Assembly (NCBI GenBank): GCA_963812135.1 | Contig: CAWETU010000001.1 | Coordinates: 544,001 to 608,000, forward strand | Length of the DNA stretch: 64,000 nt | Source: Vulcanimicrobiota bacterium | GTDB taxonomy: Bacteria; Vulcanimicrobiota; Vulcanimicrobiia; Eremiobacterales; Eremiobacteraceae | Direction: 5' to 3' | Part shown: positions 19,848-29,143 of the stretch, piece after piece | Layout of the letters: every line of letters begins with the position of its first letter | How positions within the stretch are numbered: position 1 is the first letter of the stretch | The notes under the pieces: model-generated | The model's input: only the letters and a program-made list of their open reading frames with translations | Told to the model about the DNA's origin: nothing | Databases searched by the model: none | Translations under genes and position numbers: made by a program

Positions 19848-21272
19848 ATTTCCGAAGATCAAGCATCGGCGGTGACGCCGAAGCGCCATCCGTTGACCGG
19901 GCACCGCGATGACCCCGAGCAGCTGCTCGCGGGCGTCATCGAGTTGTTCGTGCGCGAGCCGATGGCCACGCTCAATGTCGCCGATACATCCCGCACGCTC
20001 GGCACGACCCCTGCCGCGGTCGCCGAAGCGCTCGACACCCTCACGCGGTTGGGGGTCGCCAAGGCCCACCTCGCACCCGATGGCTCTCAATCCTATCAGC
20101 TGCGGTTGGCGGACAGTTTTCTCGACGTGCTCGAGCGCCTGACGCGCTTCTATACAGAACAATTGGAGCGGGTCGCGATCCTGCCGGAACGAGCGTTGCT
20201 CTCGAGCGGCGAAGTCGTCTCGGAGCTCGCGACGGTGCGCGCGTTACGCGCGCGAGTTGCTAGCCTCGAGACCAGCGGGGCGCTGCTGCAACGCAAGAAC
20301 CTCGAACTTTCCTTGCTTTACAGCGCGAGCTTGTTGCTCGCCAGCTCGATCGAGCCGATGACGCTCGCGCAAGGAGTCCTCGACGTCGTCGGCCCGGCGA
20401 CGAACGCGAAGGCTCGTGCATATTTCGTCGCGCTCGTCGATCAAGGCATGTTGACATTCCAGGGCGGTTTCAACATCGACAAGCGCACCGCGGAAGCGTT
20501 CCTGACCCGCCACGCGTCGCTCATCGACGCGTCGATCGAGAAAGGATCGCTCATCTCGATGCCGCGTCAAGCGCGTATCGGCCGGACTCCCGAGTCGCCG
20601 TTCGTCGTGCTGCCGCTTTCGAGCGGCCCTGGAGCGCGCGGTCACGGCTGCATCGCGATCACTGAGATCGCGGATGAAGGTCTGAGCAGCGACGATCTGC
20701 GCGTCCTCATGCAGCTCGCCGAGATGGGCGGGCGCAGCCTCGACAACGCGGAGATATTCACGCAATCGGTGTCCATCGGCGCGACCGACGAATTGACCGG
20801 CGCGCACAACCGCCGCTACCTTTTCCGCAGGCTCGCCGAAGAGATCACGCGCTCACGCCAAAGCGGGGCGCCGCTCTCGGTGTTCATCTTCGACATCGAC
20901 CGCTTCAAGCAGGTCAACGACGTGTACGGCCATGCGGAGGGCGATCGTCTCCTCAAACAGATCGCCAAGACCGCTGCGCAAGCGGTGCGCGACATCGATC
21001 TGGTGGCCCGGCTCGGCGGCGAAGAGTTCGCCGTCATCTTGCCCGGCACGAACATCGCGGACGCCCTGACGATCGCCGAACGCGTGCGAACCGGGATCGA
21101 AGAGCTCGGCTACGTGACTCAGGGAGGCGTCGCGCTCACGACCGCGGTATCCGCCGGCGTCGCCGCGCTGGACGAGAATCGGCAGACGCCTGCCCAGCTG
21201 CTCGCGGCAGCGGACGCCTGTTTGCTGGAGGCGAAGCGCGCGGGCCGCAACCGATCCATCGCCGCCAGGTGA
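19848..21272 (+). CDS. Diguanylate cyclase with N-terminal wHTH-like region, coiled coil and GAF-like domain
   Basis: TDELTG, DIDRFKQVND.YGH..GD, RDID I-site, GGEEF. Start is ATT 19848 (after TAAGGGG) or GTG 19872. Confidence 0.88.
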   Translation: MSEDQASAVTPKRHPLTGHRDDPEQLLAGVIELFVREPMATLNVADTSRTLGTTPAAVAEALDTLTRLGVAKAHLAPDGSQSYQLRLADSFLDVLERLTRFYTEQLERVAILPERALLSSGEVVSELATVRALRARVASLETSGALLQRKNLELSLLYSASLLLASSIEPMTLAQGVLDVVGPATNAKARAYFVALVDQGMLTFQGGFNIDKRTAEAFLTRHASLIDASIEKGSLISMPRQARIGRTPESPFVVLPLSSGPGARGHGCIAITEIADEGLSSDDLRVLMQLAEMGGRSLDNAEIFTQSVSIGATDELTGAHNRRYLFRRLAEEITRSRQSGAPLSVFIFDIDRFKQVNDVYGHAEGDRLLKQIAKTAAQAVRDIDLVARLGGEEFAVILPGTNIADALTIAERVRTGIEELGYVTQGGVALTTAVSAGVAALDENRQTPAQLLAAADACLLEAKRAGRNRSIAAR

Positions 21273-21751
21273 TGCCGATCTCGGTCCGCCCTGCGCGTCC
21301 GGACGACCGGCAGTTCATCGATCGAGCGGGGTCCGACAGCGCGATCACCAGCATCTCGCCGATCAGGCCGGCGCGCGCGGGCGACGCGGCCGCGGCGTTT
21401 CGGCGCGCGGCGGAGTTCTGCGCCGATCGGCGCGACGGCTTGACGCTTATCGCTGAACGCGACGGCGAGCGCGCCGGTTTTGTCATGCTGCTCTTCGAGC
21501 TTACGGATGACGTCACACTGCAGCAGCAAGCGTTCATCGTCTACATGGCCGTGGAGCCCGCTCATCGACGTGTCGGCATCGCGCGGGCGCTGCTCGGCGC
21601 CGCAGAGGAGGAGGCGCGCGCGCGCGGAGCGTCGCACCTTAGTCTGATGGTCACCGAAGCAAACGAGGCAGCCAGGACGCTGTACGAGCGCGCTGGTTTT
21701 CTCGACGAGCGTGTGCAGATGACCAAGAACCTCGACAAGGCGGCCCGGTGA
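21269..21751 (+). CDS. GNAT family acetyltransferase
   Basis: VEPAHRRVGIARAL, N..ARTLYERAGF. Confidence 0.9.
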   Translation: MMPISVRPARPDDRQFIDRAGSDSAITSISPIRPARAGDAAAAFRRAAEFCADRRDGLTLIAERDGERAGFVMLLFELTDDVTLQQQAFIVYMAVEPAHRRVGIARALLGAAEEEARARGASHLSLMVTEANEAARTLYERAGFLDERVQMTKNLDKAAR

Positions 21752-22851
21752 TCACGAGCTCGCCGAGCGGCGCTACAGTGAACTGGGGCGCGGTCGTCCG
21801 CTTCATCACCATCGCACTCGCGCTCGCCTTCGTCGTCTGGGTCCTCAGTCTGATCCCGAAAACCGTCGAGGTCTTCGTGATCGCCATCCTCATCGCGTAC
21901 GGCCTGAGCCCGGTCGTGCGCCGCTTGTCGCGCCGGATGCCGCGCGCGGCAGCGATCGTCGTCGTCTACGTCGCCTTGATCCTCGTCGCTGCGCTGTTCT
22001 TCTTGCTGATCATACCGGCCACGCTCGACCAGTTCCAAGCCGTGTTCGCGAACGCGCCTTCCTACGTCGATGCTGTGCGCCATTTCATCGACGCCATGCA
22101 AGTGTGGCTCAAACAGCATTTTGGATCGCTCGTCGCCACCAATCAGATCTCACAGATCGAGGCGACGAGCATGGGCAGGCTGTCGAACGGCATCGAGATG
22201 GCGATCGGCTCGATTAGCACAATCGCGGTCGGCATCGGCAGCGGCGTGGTCGTCGCAGTGTTCGGCGTGATGCTGTCGTACTTCATGCTGGCCAACAGCG
22301 ACTTGATCCGCACGTCATTCTACAGCCTTTTCCCGGACCACGCCCAAGCGCAAGCGCGTTTTTTTGCCAATGAAGTCGGCCGCGTCGTCGGCGGCTTTAT
22401 CGTTGGACAACTCATCCTGTGCGCCATCGTGTTCGTGCTGACGTATGTCGCGCTGCTCGTGATCCGATCGCCCTTCGCTTTGTTGCTCGCGGTGCTGGCC
22501 GGCATCTGCTACGCGATCCCATACTTCGGCGTGGCCATCGCGTCGGTGGCGGGGTTCTTGATGGGCGCATTGACATCATGGCGTGCCGGCTTGTTCGTCG
22601 CCGTGATCATCATGGTCACCAGCAAGATCGCGGATTTTCTCGTGCCGAAGATCATGGGCGACAGCGTCGGCGTCTCGCCGATCGCGATCATCTTCGCGGT
22701 GTTCGCGGGCGGCGAGCTGTTCGGTCTGTGGGGATTGCTACTGGCGATCCCAGCCGCTGCGTTGTTCAAAGTGGTGTGGACTTTGTGGCTACACCCGTGG
22801 CTGACGGGCCGGCCGCTCCTCATCGCGGAATTGCCGGGCGAAGCGGCCTAG
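21748..22851 (+). CDS. AI-2E family transporter (UPF0118/PerM-like)
   Basis: Multi-TM; IPYFG, PKIMG..VGVSP, GGELFGLWGLLLAIP. Confidence 0.92.
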   Translation: MITSSPSGATVNWGAVVRFITIALALAFVVWVLSLIPKTVEVFVIAILIAYGLSPVVRRLSRRMPRAAAIVVVYVALILVAALFFLLIIPATLDQFQAVFANAPSYVDAVRHFIDAMQVWLKQHFGSLVATNQISQIEATSMGRLSNGIEMAIGSISTIAVGIGSGVVVAVFGVMLSYFMLANSDLIRTSFYSLFPDHAQAQARFFANEVGRVVGGFIVGQLILCAIVFVLTYVALLVIRSPFALLLAVLAGICYAIPYFGVAIASVAGFLMGALTSWRAGLFVAVIIMVTSKIADFLVPKIMGDSVGVSPIAIIFAVFAGGELFGLWGLLLAIPAAALFKVVWTLWLHPWLTGRPLLIAELPGEAA

Positions 22852-22879
22852 GTCTTTGAGGGCGCGACAGACCGGCGCG

Positions 22880-24574
22880 TCACATCTTCTCTGGAGCGGA
22901 CACGCCGAGCAAACCGAGCGCTGAAGCGAGCACGGTCTTGCTCGCGATGCACAGCGAGAGTCGAGCGCTCGACGTCGCATCGTCCTCACCGAGGACGATG
23001 CACTCTGTGTAGAAGCTGTGGAAGTCGGTGGCCAGGTCGCGCGCATACTCCGCGAGCCGATGCGGCGCACGCGCACGTGCCGCATCCGTCACGGTCCGCG
23101 AGAAGTCTGCGAGCCGGCGAATGACGGCGATCTCGGTCGCATGGTTTAAGCGCTCGAGATCCGCGCCGGCACGCGCCCGCTCGAGCAGCGCTGCGCGTCC
23201 GGTCTCCTCCGCCTTGCGCAAGATCGAGGCGATGCGCGCGTGGCCATATTGCACGTAGTAGACCGGATTGTTCGAGGATTGCTCGACCGCGAGCGCCAGG
23301 TCGAACACCAACTGCGACTCGGGCGCACGATTGATGAAGAAGAACCGTGCGGCATCTTTGCCGACTTCGTCCACCACGTCGCGCAAGGTGATGACCTGCC
23401 CCGCGCGCTTGCTCATGGCGACCGTCTCAGTGCCGCGTTTGAGCGTCACCTGCTGGGCGAGCAGCACTTCGAGCATGCCCGGATGGCCGAGCGCTGCGGC
23501 GACCGCCTTGATGCGCGCGAGATAGCCGTGGTGGTCGGGGCCGAGGATGTCGATGAGATAGCGGTTGCCGCGTTCGAATTTGTCGCGGTGATACGCGGCG
23601 TCGGGCGCGAGATAGGTCGGGCGTCCATCGCTGCGGCGCAGCACGCGGTCTTTGTCATCGCCGAATTGCGTGGAACGCAGCCATACCGCGCCGTCTTTCT
23701 CGTACGCGACGCCGCGCGCCATCAACCAGTCGACGACTGCGTCGACTTTGCCGGCTTCATAGAGCGACGCCTCCGAGAACCACCGGTCGAAGACCACGCC
23801 GAAATGCTCGAGATCCTCGCGTTGCTGCGCGACGATGGTGTCGCGCCCGAACTGCGCGAGCGCGCGGCGGCGCTCGTCGGCGGGGGCGTTCAGCCAGCGA
23901 TCGCCGTCGCGTGCGCGCAGCGCCTTCGCGACGTCGATGATGTCGTCGCCTTGATAGCCTTCCTCTGGCAACGGCGTCGGAACGCCGCACAGCGTGGCGT
24001 AGCGCGCGAAAATCGAGTCGGCGAGCAGATCGAGTTGCGCGCCGGAATCGTTGACGTACGTCTCCGTGCGGACCTCGGCGCCTGCGAAGCGCAGCATACC
24101 GGCCAGCGTCGCGCCGAGCGAGCTCGACCGGCCTTGCACGACGTTGAGCGGGCCCGTTGGATTGGCCGAAACGAACTCGAGCAGGATCGGGCCGGTGCCC
24201 GCAAGCGCTTGCGATCTGCCGAACGCGTCGCCGAGCTCGAGGGCCTCACGGACCACATCCGCCCAGAAGGCCGCCGTCATGCGCAGATTGATGAAGCCCG
24301 GCGCCTTGACTTCGATCGACGCGACGCCGCCCATGCGCGCAATGCCGTCCGCGGCGACGTGCTGCGCGATCTCGAGCGGGTTGCGCTTCCAGCGCTTGCC
24401 GGCGGCGAGCGCGGCGGCGGTCGCAAAGTCGCCGTGCGACGGATCGCGTGCGGGCGCGAGCGCGACCTCGTTCGGCGCCGATTCGCCGGCACCGAACGTT
24501 GCGGCCGCCTTTGCGAATCGCGCTTGCAGCTCGGCGTCAAGCGCTGCGAGCGACTGCGAATAGCGCGTCGTCAT
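22880..24574 (-). CDS. argS: Arginine--tRNA ligase
   Basis: EFVSANPTGPL, MSKRAG, NPVYYVQYGHARIAS, FHSFY. Confidence 0.97.
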   Translation of the reverse strand: MTTRYSQSLAALDAELQARFAKAAATFGAGESAPNEVALAPARDPSHGDFATAAALAAGKRWKRNPLEIAQHVAADGIARMGGVASIEVKAPGFINLRMTAAFWADVVREALELGDAFGRSQALAGTGPILLEFVSANPTGPLNVVQGRSSSLGATLAGMLRFAGAEVRTETYVNDSGAQLDLLADSIFARYATLCGVPTPLPEEGYQGDDIIDVAKALRARDGDRWLNAPADERRRALAQFGRDTIVAQQREDLEHFGVVFDRWFSEASLYEAGKVDAVVDWLMARGVAYEKDGAVWLRSTQFGDDKDRVLRRSDGRPTYLAPDAAYHRDKFERGNRYLIDILGPDHHGYLARIKAVAAALGHPGMLEVLLAQQVTLKRGTETVAMSKRAGQVITLRDVVDEVGKDAARFFFINRAPESQLVFDLALAVEQSSNNPVYYVQYGHARIASILRKAEETGRAALLERARAGADLERLNHATEIAVIRRLADFSRTVTDAARARAPHRLAEYARDLATDFHSFYTECIVLGEDDATSSARLSLCIASKTVLASALGLLGVSAPEKM

Positions 24575-24631
24575 ACGGCTTCATTGGCAAGAAGCCGCGA
24601 CGCGCCCTCCGCTCGCAAGCGATTCGATCGT

Positions 24632-25072
24632 TCAGCGGTGATACGGTTCGCCGCGATTGATCTTGACCGCGCGGAACAACTGCTCGAGGGCGATCAGCCT
24701 CGCCATCTCGTGCAAGAACGTCAGCGGCGAGAGCGACCATCGGAAATCGGCGCGTTTGAGCGCCGACGCGTGCAAGCCGTCGGGTCCGCCGATGAGCAGA
24801 GCGAGCCGCCGCCGGCCAGAGCGCTGCGCGTCCGCCAGCCGGGTGGCAAGCGCCGGTGACGACAGCGCTTCGCCCTCACGATCGAGCGCCCACACGATGG
24901 TGTCCGGATCGATGCGCGTCAACATCTTCTCCGCTTCGGCCTCCATCGATTGCGGTTTGATCTCGACGATGTCGACCGGCAGATACGGCGCGAGCTTCGC
25001 CGCGAACCGCTCGCAGCCGGTTCGCAGATACGGCTCGCGCATCTTGTCGACGGCGAGGATCGTCAGGTTCAT
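24632..25072 (-). CDS. rlmH: 23S rRNA pseudouridine-1915 N3-methyltransferase
   Basis: IGGPDG, SLSPLTFLHEMAR...EQLFRA, PYHR end. Confidence 0.95.
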   Translation of the reverse strand: MNLTILAVDKMREPYLRTGCERFAAKLAPYLPVDIVEIKPQSMEAEAEKMLTRIDPDTIVWALDREGEALSSPALATRLADAQRSGRRRLALLIGGPDGLHASALKRADFRWSLSPLTFLHEMARLIALEQLFRAVKINRGEPYHR

Positions 25073-26181
25073 GCGCCGCTGTTCGCCGTCGCGTGGCTCC
25101 CCACCGCCGCGTACACGCCGCCGGCGCCGCGTTCGACGAAGCCCTGCAGTTCCAGCACGACCAGTTTGGCGGATAGATCGGCGACGCTCTCACCGGTGAG
25201 CGCCGCGAGCTCGTCGATCGCGCGTGCTTGACGGAGCAGCTCTAACAACGGATCCGGCTCCAGCGACAGCTGCGTCGCGCGACCAAGCGCAAGGTCCCAC
25301 CGCATATGCGTCGCAACGTCTGCGGCCGACGTGATGAGCGGTATCCCGTCAGCGATCAACGCGTTCGTGCCTTTGCTCGTCGCGCGTCCAACGTCTCCAG
25401 GGATGGCGAAGACCGCGCGTCCGAGCTCGTCGGCTAGGCGCGCGGTGATGAGCGCCCCGCTGCGCGTGCTCGCTTCGACGACGACGGTCGCGTGAGCAAG
25501 CGCGGCGACCACTCGGTTGCGCATCGGGAATTGAAACGCTCGCGCGCACTCGTCCGGCGGGAATTCCGAGATGACCGCACCGCCTCGCTCGACGATCTCG
25601 TCGGCGAGCAGCGCGTGATAGCGCGGATACAGCGCGCGTATCCCTGAGCCCAGCACGGCGACCGTCGGAACGCCGGAGTCGACCGCGCCCTTGTGCGCCG
25701 CCGCGTCGATGCCGCGCGCGAGCCCCGACACGACGGTCGCGCCGAAGGCTCCGAATTCGGCGGCTATCGATGCTGCGACCGAACGTCCGTATGAGGTTGC
25801 GGCCCGGCTGCCGACGATCGCCACTGCTCGCGCGCGCAGGCATTCAAGATCACCGCGGACATAGAGGACGAGCGGTGCGTCGCACAGGTCGAAAAGTGCG
25901 GCCGGATAAGCGGGGTCGGAACGAAGCACGATGCGCGCGCCGGAGCGCTGTGCGGCTGCCAGCGCCGCGCGTGCGACCCCATCGTCGATGAGCGCGAGGC
26001 GAGCTAGGGCTGCCGGTGCGAGTTTTTCGACGCCGGAAGGGGGCTCGCCGCCCTCGCGATGGACAAATTCCAATATTGCGCGCGGCGAGCCTAAGGCCGC
26101 GAGCCACGCCGCCAACGCACGTGGCGACCACATGCCCGCGGCCGCGACGGCGAGTAGATAGCCGGGTTCGAGGTCGTCCAT
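25069..26181 (-). CDS. dprA: DNA processing protein DprA
   Basis: AIVGSR.ATSYG, VSGLARGIDAAAH, FPMRNR, VEA...SGALITA, C-terminal wHTH. Confidence 0.95.
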   Translation of the reverse strand: MDDLEPGYLLAVAAAGMWSPRALAAWLAALGSPRAILEFVHREGGEPPSGVEKLAPAALARLALIDDGVARAALAAAQRSGARIVLRSDPAYPAALFDLCDAPLVLYVRGDLECLRARAVAIVGSRAATSYGRSVAASIAAEFGAFGATVVSGLARGIDAAAHKGAVDSGVPTVAVLGSGIRALYPRYHALLADEIVERGGAVISEFPPDECARAFQFPMRNRVVAALAHATVVVEASTRSGALITARLADELGRAVFAIPGDVGRATSKGTNALIADGIPLITSAADVATHMRWDLALGRATQLSLEPDPLLELLRQARAIDELAALTGESVADLSAKLVVLELQGFVERGAGGVYAAVGSHATANSGA

Positions 26182-26235
26182 GGGATTGTACTATCACGCG
26201 GCACAGCTGCGATGTAAATGCGCGCGCAGCGCGCG

Positions 26236-26940
26236 TCACATCAATTCGAGCAGCTCGTCGAGCGAAACCACGCGCGGTGCGCGATCGAACTGCGGATGCG
26301 CGCCTTCACGGTCGAGCAGTGCGGCGCGCAATCCCGCGGCGAGCGCTCCTTCGACGTCGTGTCCGGGCGAATCGCCGACGTGGATCGCGTGTTCGGGCGC
26401 GACGCCCGCGCGTCGCAGCGCTTCGAAAAAGATCTCGGGATGCGGTTTCTCCCACCCGAGATGCGCCGAATCGAGCACGAAATCGAAGTGATGGTGCAGC
26501 TCGACGCTGCGCAGGACGTCCTCGAGATCGCCGGTCCAGTTCGAGATGATCCCCAGCTTGATGCCGCGCCGGCGCAACGCTTCCAGCAACGGCCGCACTT
26601 CGTCGTAGACTCGCCAGCTCAAATGCGCGGTGAAGCGTCGATAGACCGCCTCGGCGCGATCCGCGTCGCGCGGATCGACGGCGCAGATCGACAGCAGTAC
26701 GCGATGATAATCGGTCCAAAAACGGTCGACGGCTTCCATCGAAAACGGCTGCTTTTCGCGGGCCGGCGTGCGCGGCGCGAGCATTTCGGAGGCGACTCGA
26801 ATGCCTTCGCGCAGCCTCGAATGGTCGATTTCGATGCCCAAATCGGCGCAAGAACGCAAAAAGTTGGTCTTTTGGTCCGGTTCCATGCAAAGGAGCGTGT
26901 AACCGGCGTCGAAAAAGACTGCCCGTGTGGTTCGGTCCAT
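26236..26940 (-). CDS. HAD-superfamily hydrolase (IA)
   Basis: FFDAGYTL, ISNW, EKPHPEIF, HVGDS..HDVEGA. Confidence 0.9.
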   Translation of the reverse strand: MDRTTRAVFFDAGYTLLCMEPDQKTNFLRSCADLGIEIDHSRLREGIRVASEMLAPRTPAREKQPFSMEAVDRFWTDYHRVLLSICAVDPRDADRAEAVYRRFTAHLSWRVYDEVRPLLEALRRRGIKLGIISNWTGDLEDVLRSVELHHHFDFVLDSAHLGWEKPHPEIFFEALRRAGVAPEHAIHVGDSPGHDVEGALAAGLRAALLDREGAHPQFDRAPRVVSLDELLELM

Positions 26941-27015
26941 GCTGGAGGGGCCTTCGAACTCCAGCCGGGCGGTCCTTCGCATGTCAGGGCCGGCCATCTC
27001 GAGGGAGCAAGATAG

Positions 27016-27162
27016 ATGCCCGAAGCGTATTGCGTGAAATGCAAGTCCAAGAGAGAGATCAAAAATCCCGCGCAGATCACCATGAAGAACGGCCGACCTG
27101 CCGTGCAGGGCGAATGCCCGGTGTGCGGCACCAAGCTGTTCAAGATCGGGGCCTCCAAGTAA
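27016..27162 (+). CDS. 48-aa basic zinc-ribbon microprotein (DUF5679-like)
   Basis: Below ORF-track cutoff: MPEAYCVKCKSKREIKNPAQITMKNGRPAVQGECPVCGTKLFKIGASK, two CxxC; GGGAG RBS. Confidence 0.9.
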   Translation: MPEAYCVKCKSKREIKNPAQITMKNGRPAVQGECPVCGTKLFKIGASK

Positions 27163-27194
27163 CCATCTTCCCGGCGAGCCGGGCGCGCTGACAT

Positions 27195-27647
27195 ATGGTG
27201 TGTCCGGCTTGCCGCAACGGCGACACGCGAGTCATCGATAGTCGCGACGACGAGACCGCTGTCCGCCGCAGGCGCGAGTGTCAATCGTGCCGGCATCGAT
27301 TCACGACGTACGAGCGCATCGAAGCGGCCCGCCTCTTCATCGTCAAAAAAGATGGGCGGCGCGAGCCGTACAACCGCGACAAAGTGCTCGCCGGATTACG
27401 CAAAGCGTGTGAGAAGCGCCCTATCTCGGAGACGCAGATGCAAGAGGTCGCCGACGGCGTCGAGCGCGAGCTCTATGCGCGCGGCGAGAGCGAGGTTCCG
27501 ACGGAGAAAGTCGGCGAGCTCGTCATGAGCGCGCTCAAGCGGCTCGACAAAGTCGCCTACATACGTTTCGCTTCGGTCTACCGCTCGTTCACCGACCTCA
27601 ATTCGTTCCAGGAAGAACTCGCGCAGCTGCTTCCTAAGAACGAATAG
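27195..27647 (+). CDS. nrdR: Transcriptional repressor NrdR
   Basis: CPAC..RVIDSR..RRRREC..C..RFTTYE; ATP cone; [10 protein letters not shown]. Confidence 0.97.
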   Translation: MVCPACRNGDTRVIDSRDDETAVRRRRECQSCRHRFTTYERIEAARLFIVKKDGRREPYNRDKVLAGLRKACEKRPISETQMQEVADGVERELYARGESEVPTEKVGELVMSALKRLDKVAYIRFASVYRSFTDLNSFQEELAQLLPKNE

Positions 27648-28099
27648 TGGACGTCGCGGTCGAGATCACCGTGCTTCCCGAAGGCGTCGGCCTGCCGCTG
27701 CCGCAGTACATGAGCGCGGATGCCGCGGGCTGCGATCTGATGGCCGCCGTTCCTGCCGATGTGGTGCTTGCGCCGCATGCGCGCGCGCTTATCTCAGCGG
27801 GATTCTGCATGGCGCTGCCGCCAGGGTTCGAGGCGCAGGTGCGACCGCGCTCGGGTCTTGCGCTCAAACACGGTGTAACCATTCTCAATGCGCCGGGCAC
27901 GATCGATGCGGACTACCGCGGTCCGGTTTCCGTGATACTCATCAATCACGGCGCCGAATCGTTCGTCATCCGCCGCGGCGACCGCATCGCGCAGCTGGTC
28001 ATCGCCCCGGTGCAACACGCGCGTTTCGAGCAGCGCGACTCGCTGGCCGATACCGAACGCGCGACGGGGGGCTTTGGTTCGACCGGCCGTGGATCGTAG
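27647..28099 (+). CDS. dut: dUTP diphosphatase
   Basis: [35 protein letters not shown]. Confidence 0.97.
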   Translation: MDVAVEITVLPEGVGLPLPQYMSADAAGCDLMAAVPADVVLAPHARALISAGFCMALPPGFEAQVRPRSGLALKHGVTILNAPGTIDADYRGPVSVILINHGAESFVIRRGDRIAQLVIAPVQHARFEQRDSLADTERATGGFGSTGRGS

Positions 28100-28102
28100 C
28101 GC

Positions 28103-29143
28103 GTGCGCGTACTGATCGTCGGCGCCGGCGCGATCGGACGTTTCATGGCCGCGCGGTTGAAACTCGCGGGCCATGACGCGGTGCTGCTCGCACGGCCTGA
28201 CGGGGCGGCGCAACTCGCAGCGGGTTTCACCTTCGCGGCCGACGGCAAGCAATACAGCGTCACGGCGCCGGTCGCCACGGCTCCAGACGACGTGGCGTTG
28301 CGCGACCCCTTTGAACTCGCCGCGATGGCGGTAAAGTCGTTCTCGACGCCGGGCGCGATCGAGTCGATTCGCGCGATCCCCACGTGCGAGCGCGCGACGA
28401 TACTGACGCTGCAAAACGGCATCGGCAACGAAGAGCTTTGCGCGGCAGCATTCGGAGACGAGCGCGTCGTCGCGGGCGCGCTCACCACAGCTGTCGAAAA
28501 GGCCGCCGACGGCAGCATCGTCGCATCGAGCAAGGGCGGCCTGAGCATCGCTCCGCTCGGCAAGCTCCCGCACAACTGGCTTCTCGCCGTCTTTGAGAAC
28601 AGCGCGATCAAAGTCGCTGCAGCGCCAGATTGGCGCGCGCTGAAGTGGTCGAAGCTCTGCATCAATCTGCAGGCCAACGCCGTCTGCGCGGTTCTCGACT
28701 GGACGCCCGAGCAAGTCTATGCCGACAAGACGGCGTTCTCGATCGAGCGACGCTGCCTGCTCGAAGCCTTTGCGGTGATGACCAAACTCGGCATCACGCC
28801 GATCGCACTGATCGATTTTCCGGTGCCGCTGCTTCTCGCCGCTGCCCGAACGCTGCCCGAAGCGGTGCTGCGCCCAGTGCTTGCATCGCGCGTCGCCAAA
28901 GCGCGAGGCGGGAAGCTGCCCTCACTGCTCATCGACGCGCGGGCGCATCGCCCACGTACGGAAGTCGACGTGCTGAATGGCGCGGTCGCCGAACGCGCTG
29001 CCGCTGCGGGTGTCGCCGCGCCGGCGAACGCTGCGGTGGCGCGGATTCTGAATGGCATCACTGGCGGCTCGATCGATTGGGATACGTATCGCGGGAAACC
29101 CGCGGCGCTCGTCGCGGAGATCGACGGGGCGCATCCTCGTTAG
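28103..29143 (+). CDS. panE: Ketopantoate reductase family protein
   Basis: GAGAIG, VKS, LQNGIG, WSKL..N, PSLLID, TEVD.LNG. Confidence 0.8.
   Translation: MRVLIVGAGAIGRFMAARLKLAGHDAVLLARPDGAAQLAAGFTFAADGKQYSVTAPVATAPDDVALRDPFELAAMAVKSFSTPGAIESIRAIPTCERATILTLQNGIGNEELCAAAFGDERVVAGALTTAVEKAADGSIVASSKGGLSIAPLGKLPHNWLLAVFENSAIKVAAAPDWRALKWSKLCINLQANAVCAVLDWTPEQVYADKTAFSIERRCLLEAFAVMTKLGITPIALIDFPVPLLLAAARTLPEAVLRPVLASRVAKARGGKLPSLLIDARAHRPRTEVDVLNGAVAERAAAAGVAAPANAAVARILNGITGGSIDWDTYRGKPAALVAEIDGAHPR

Noticed and set aside
21761..21776. GTAG plus CGCCG/CGGCG at the AI-2E N-terminus
   Set aside because: Only a 5-bp stem with a 2-nt loop; could be a REP remnant but cannot be supported.
23240..24859. 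Long antisense or alternative-frame ORFs (also 2160-3389, 44260-45609, 57848-59032)
   Set aside because: High-GC shadows of recognisable genes with no motifs.
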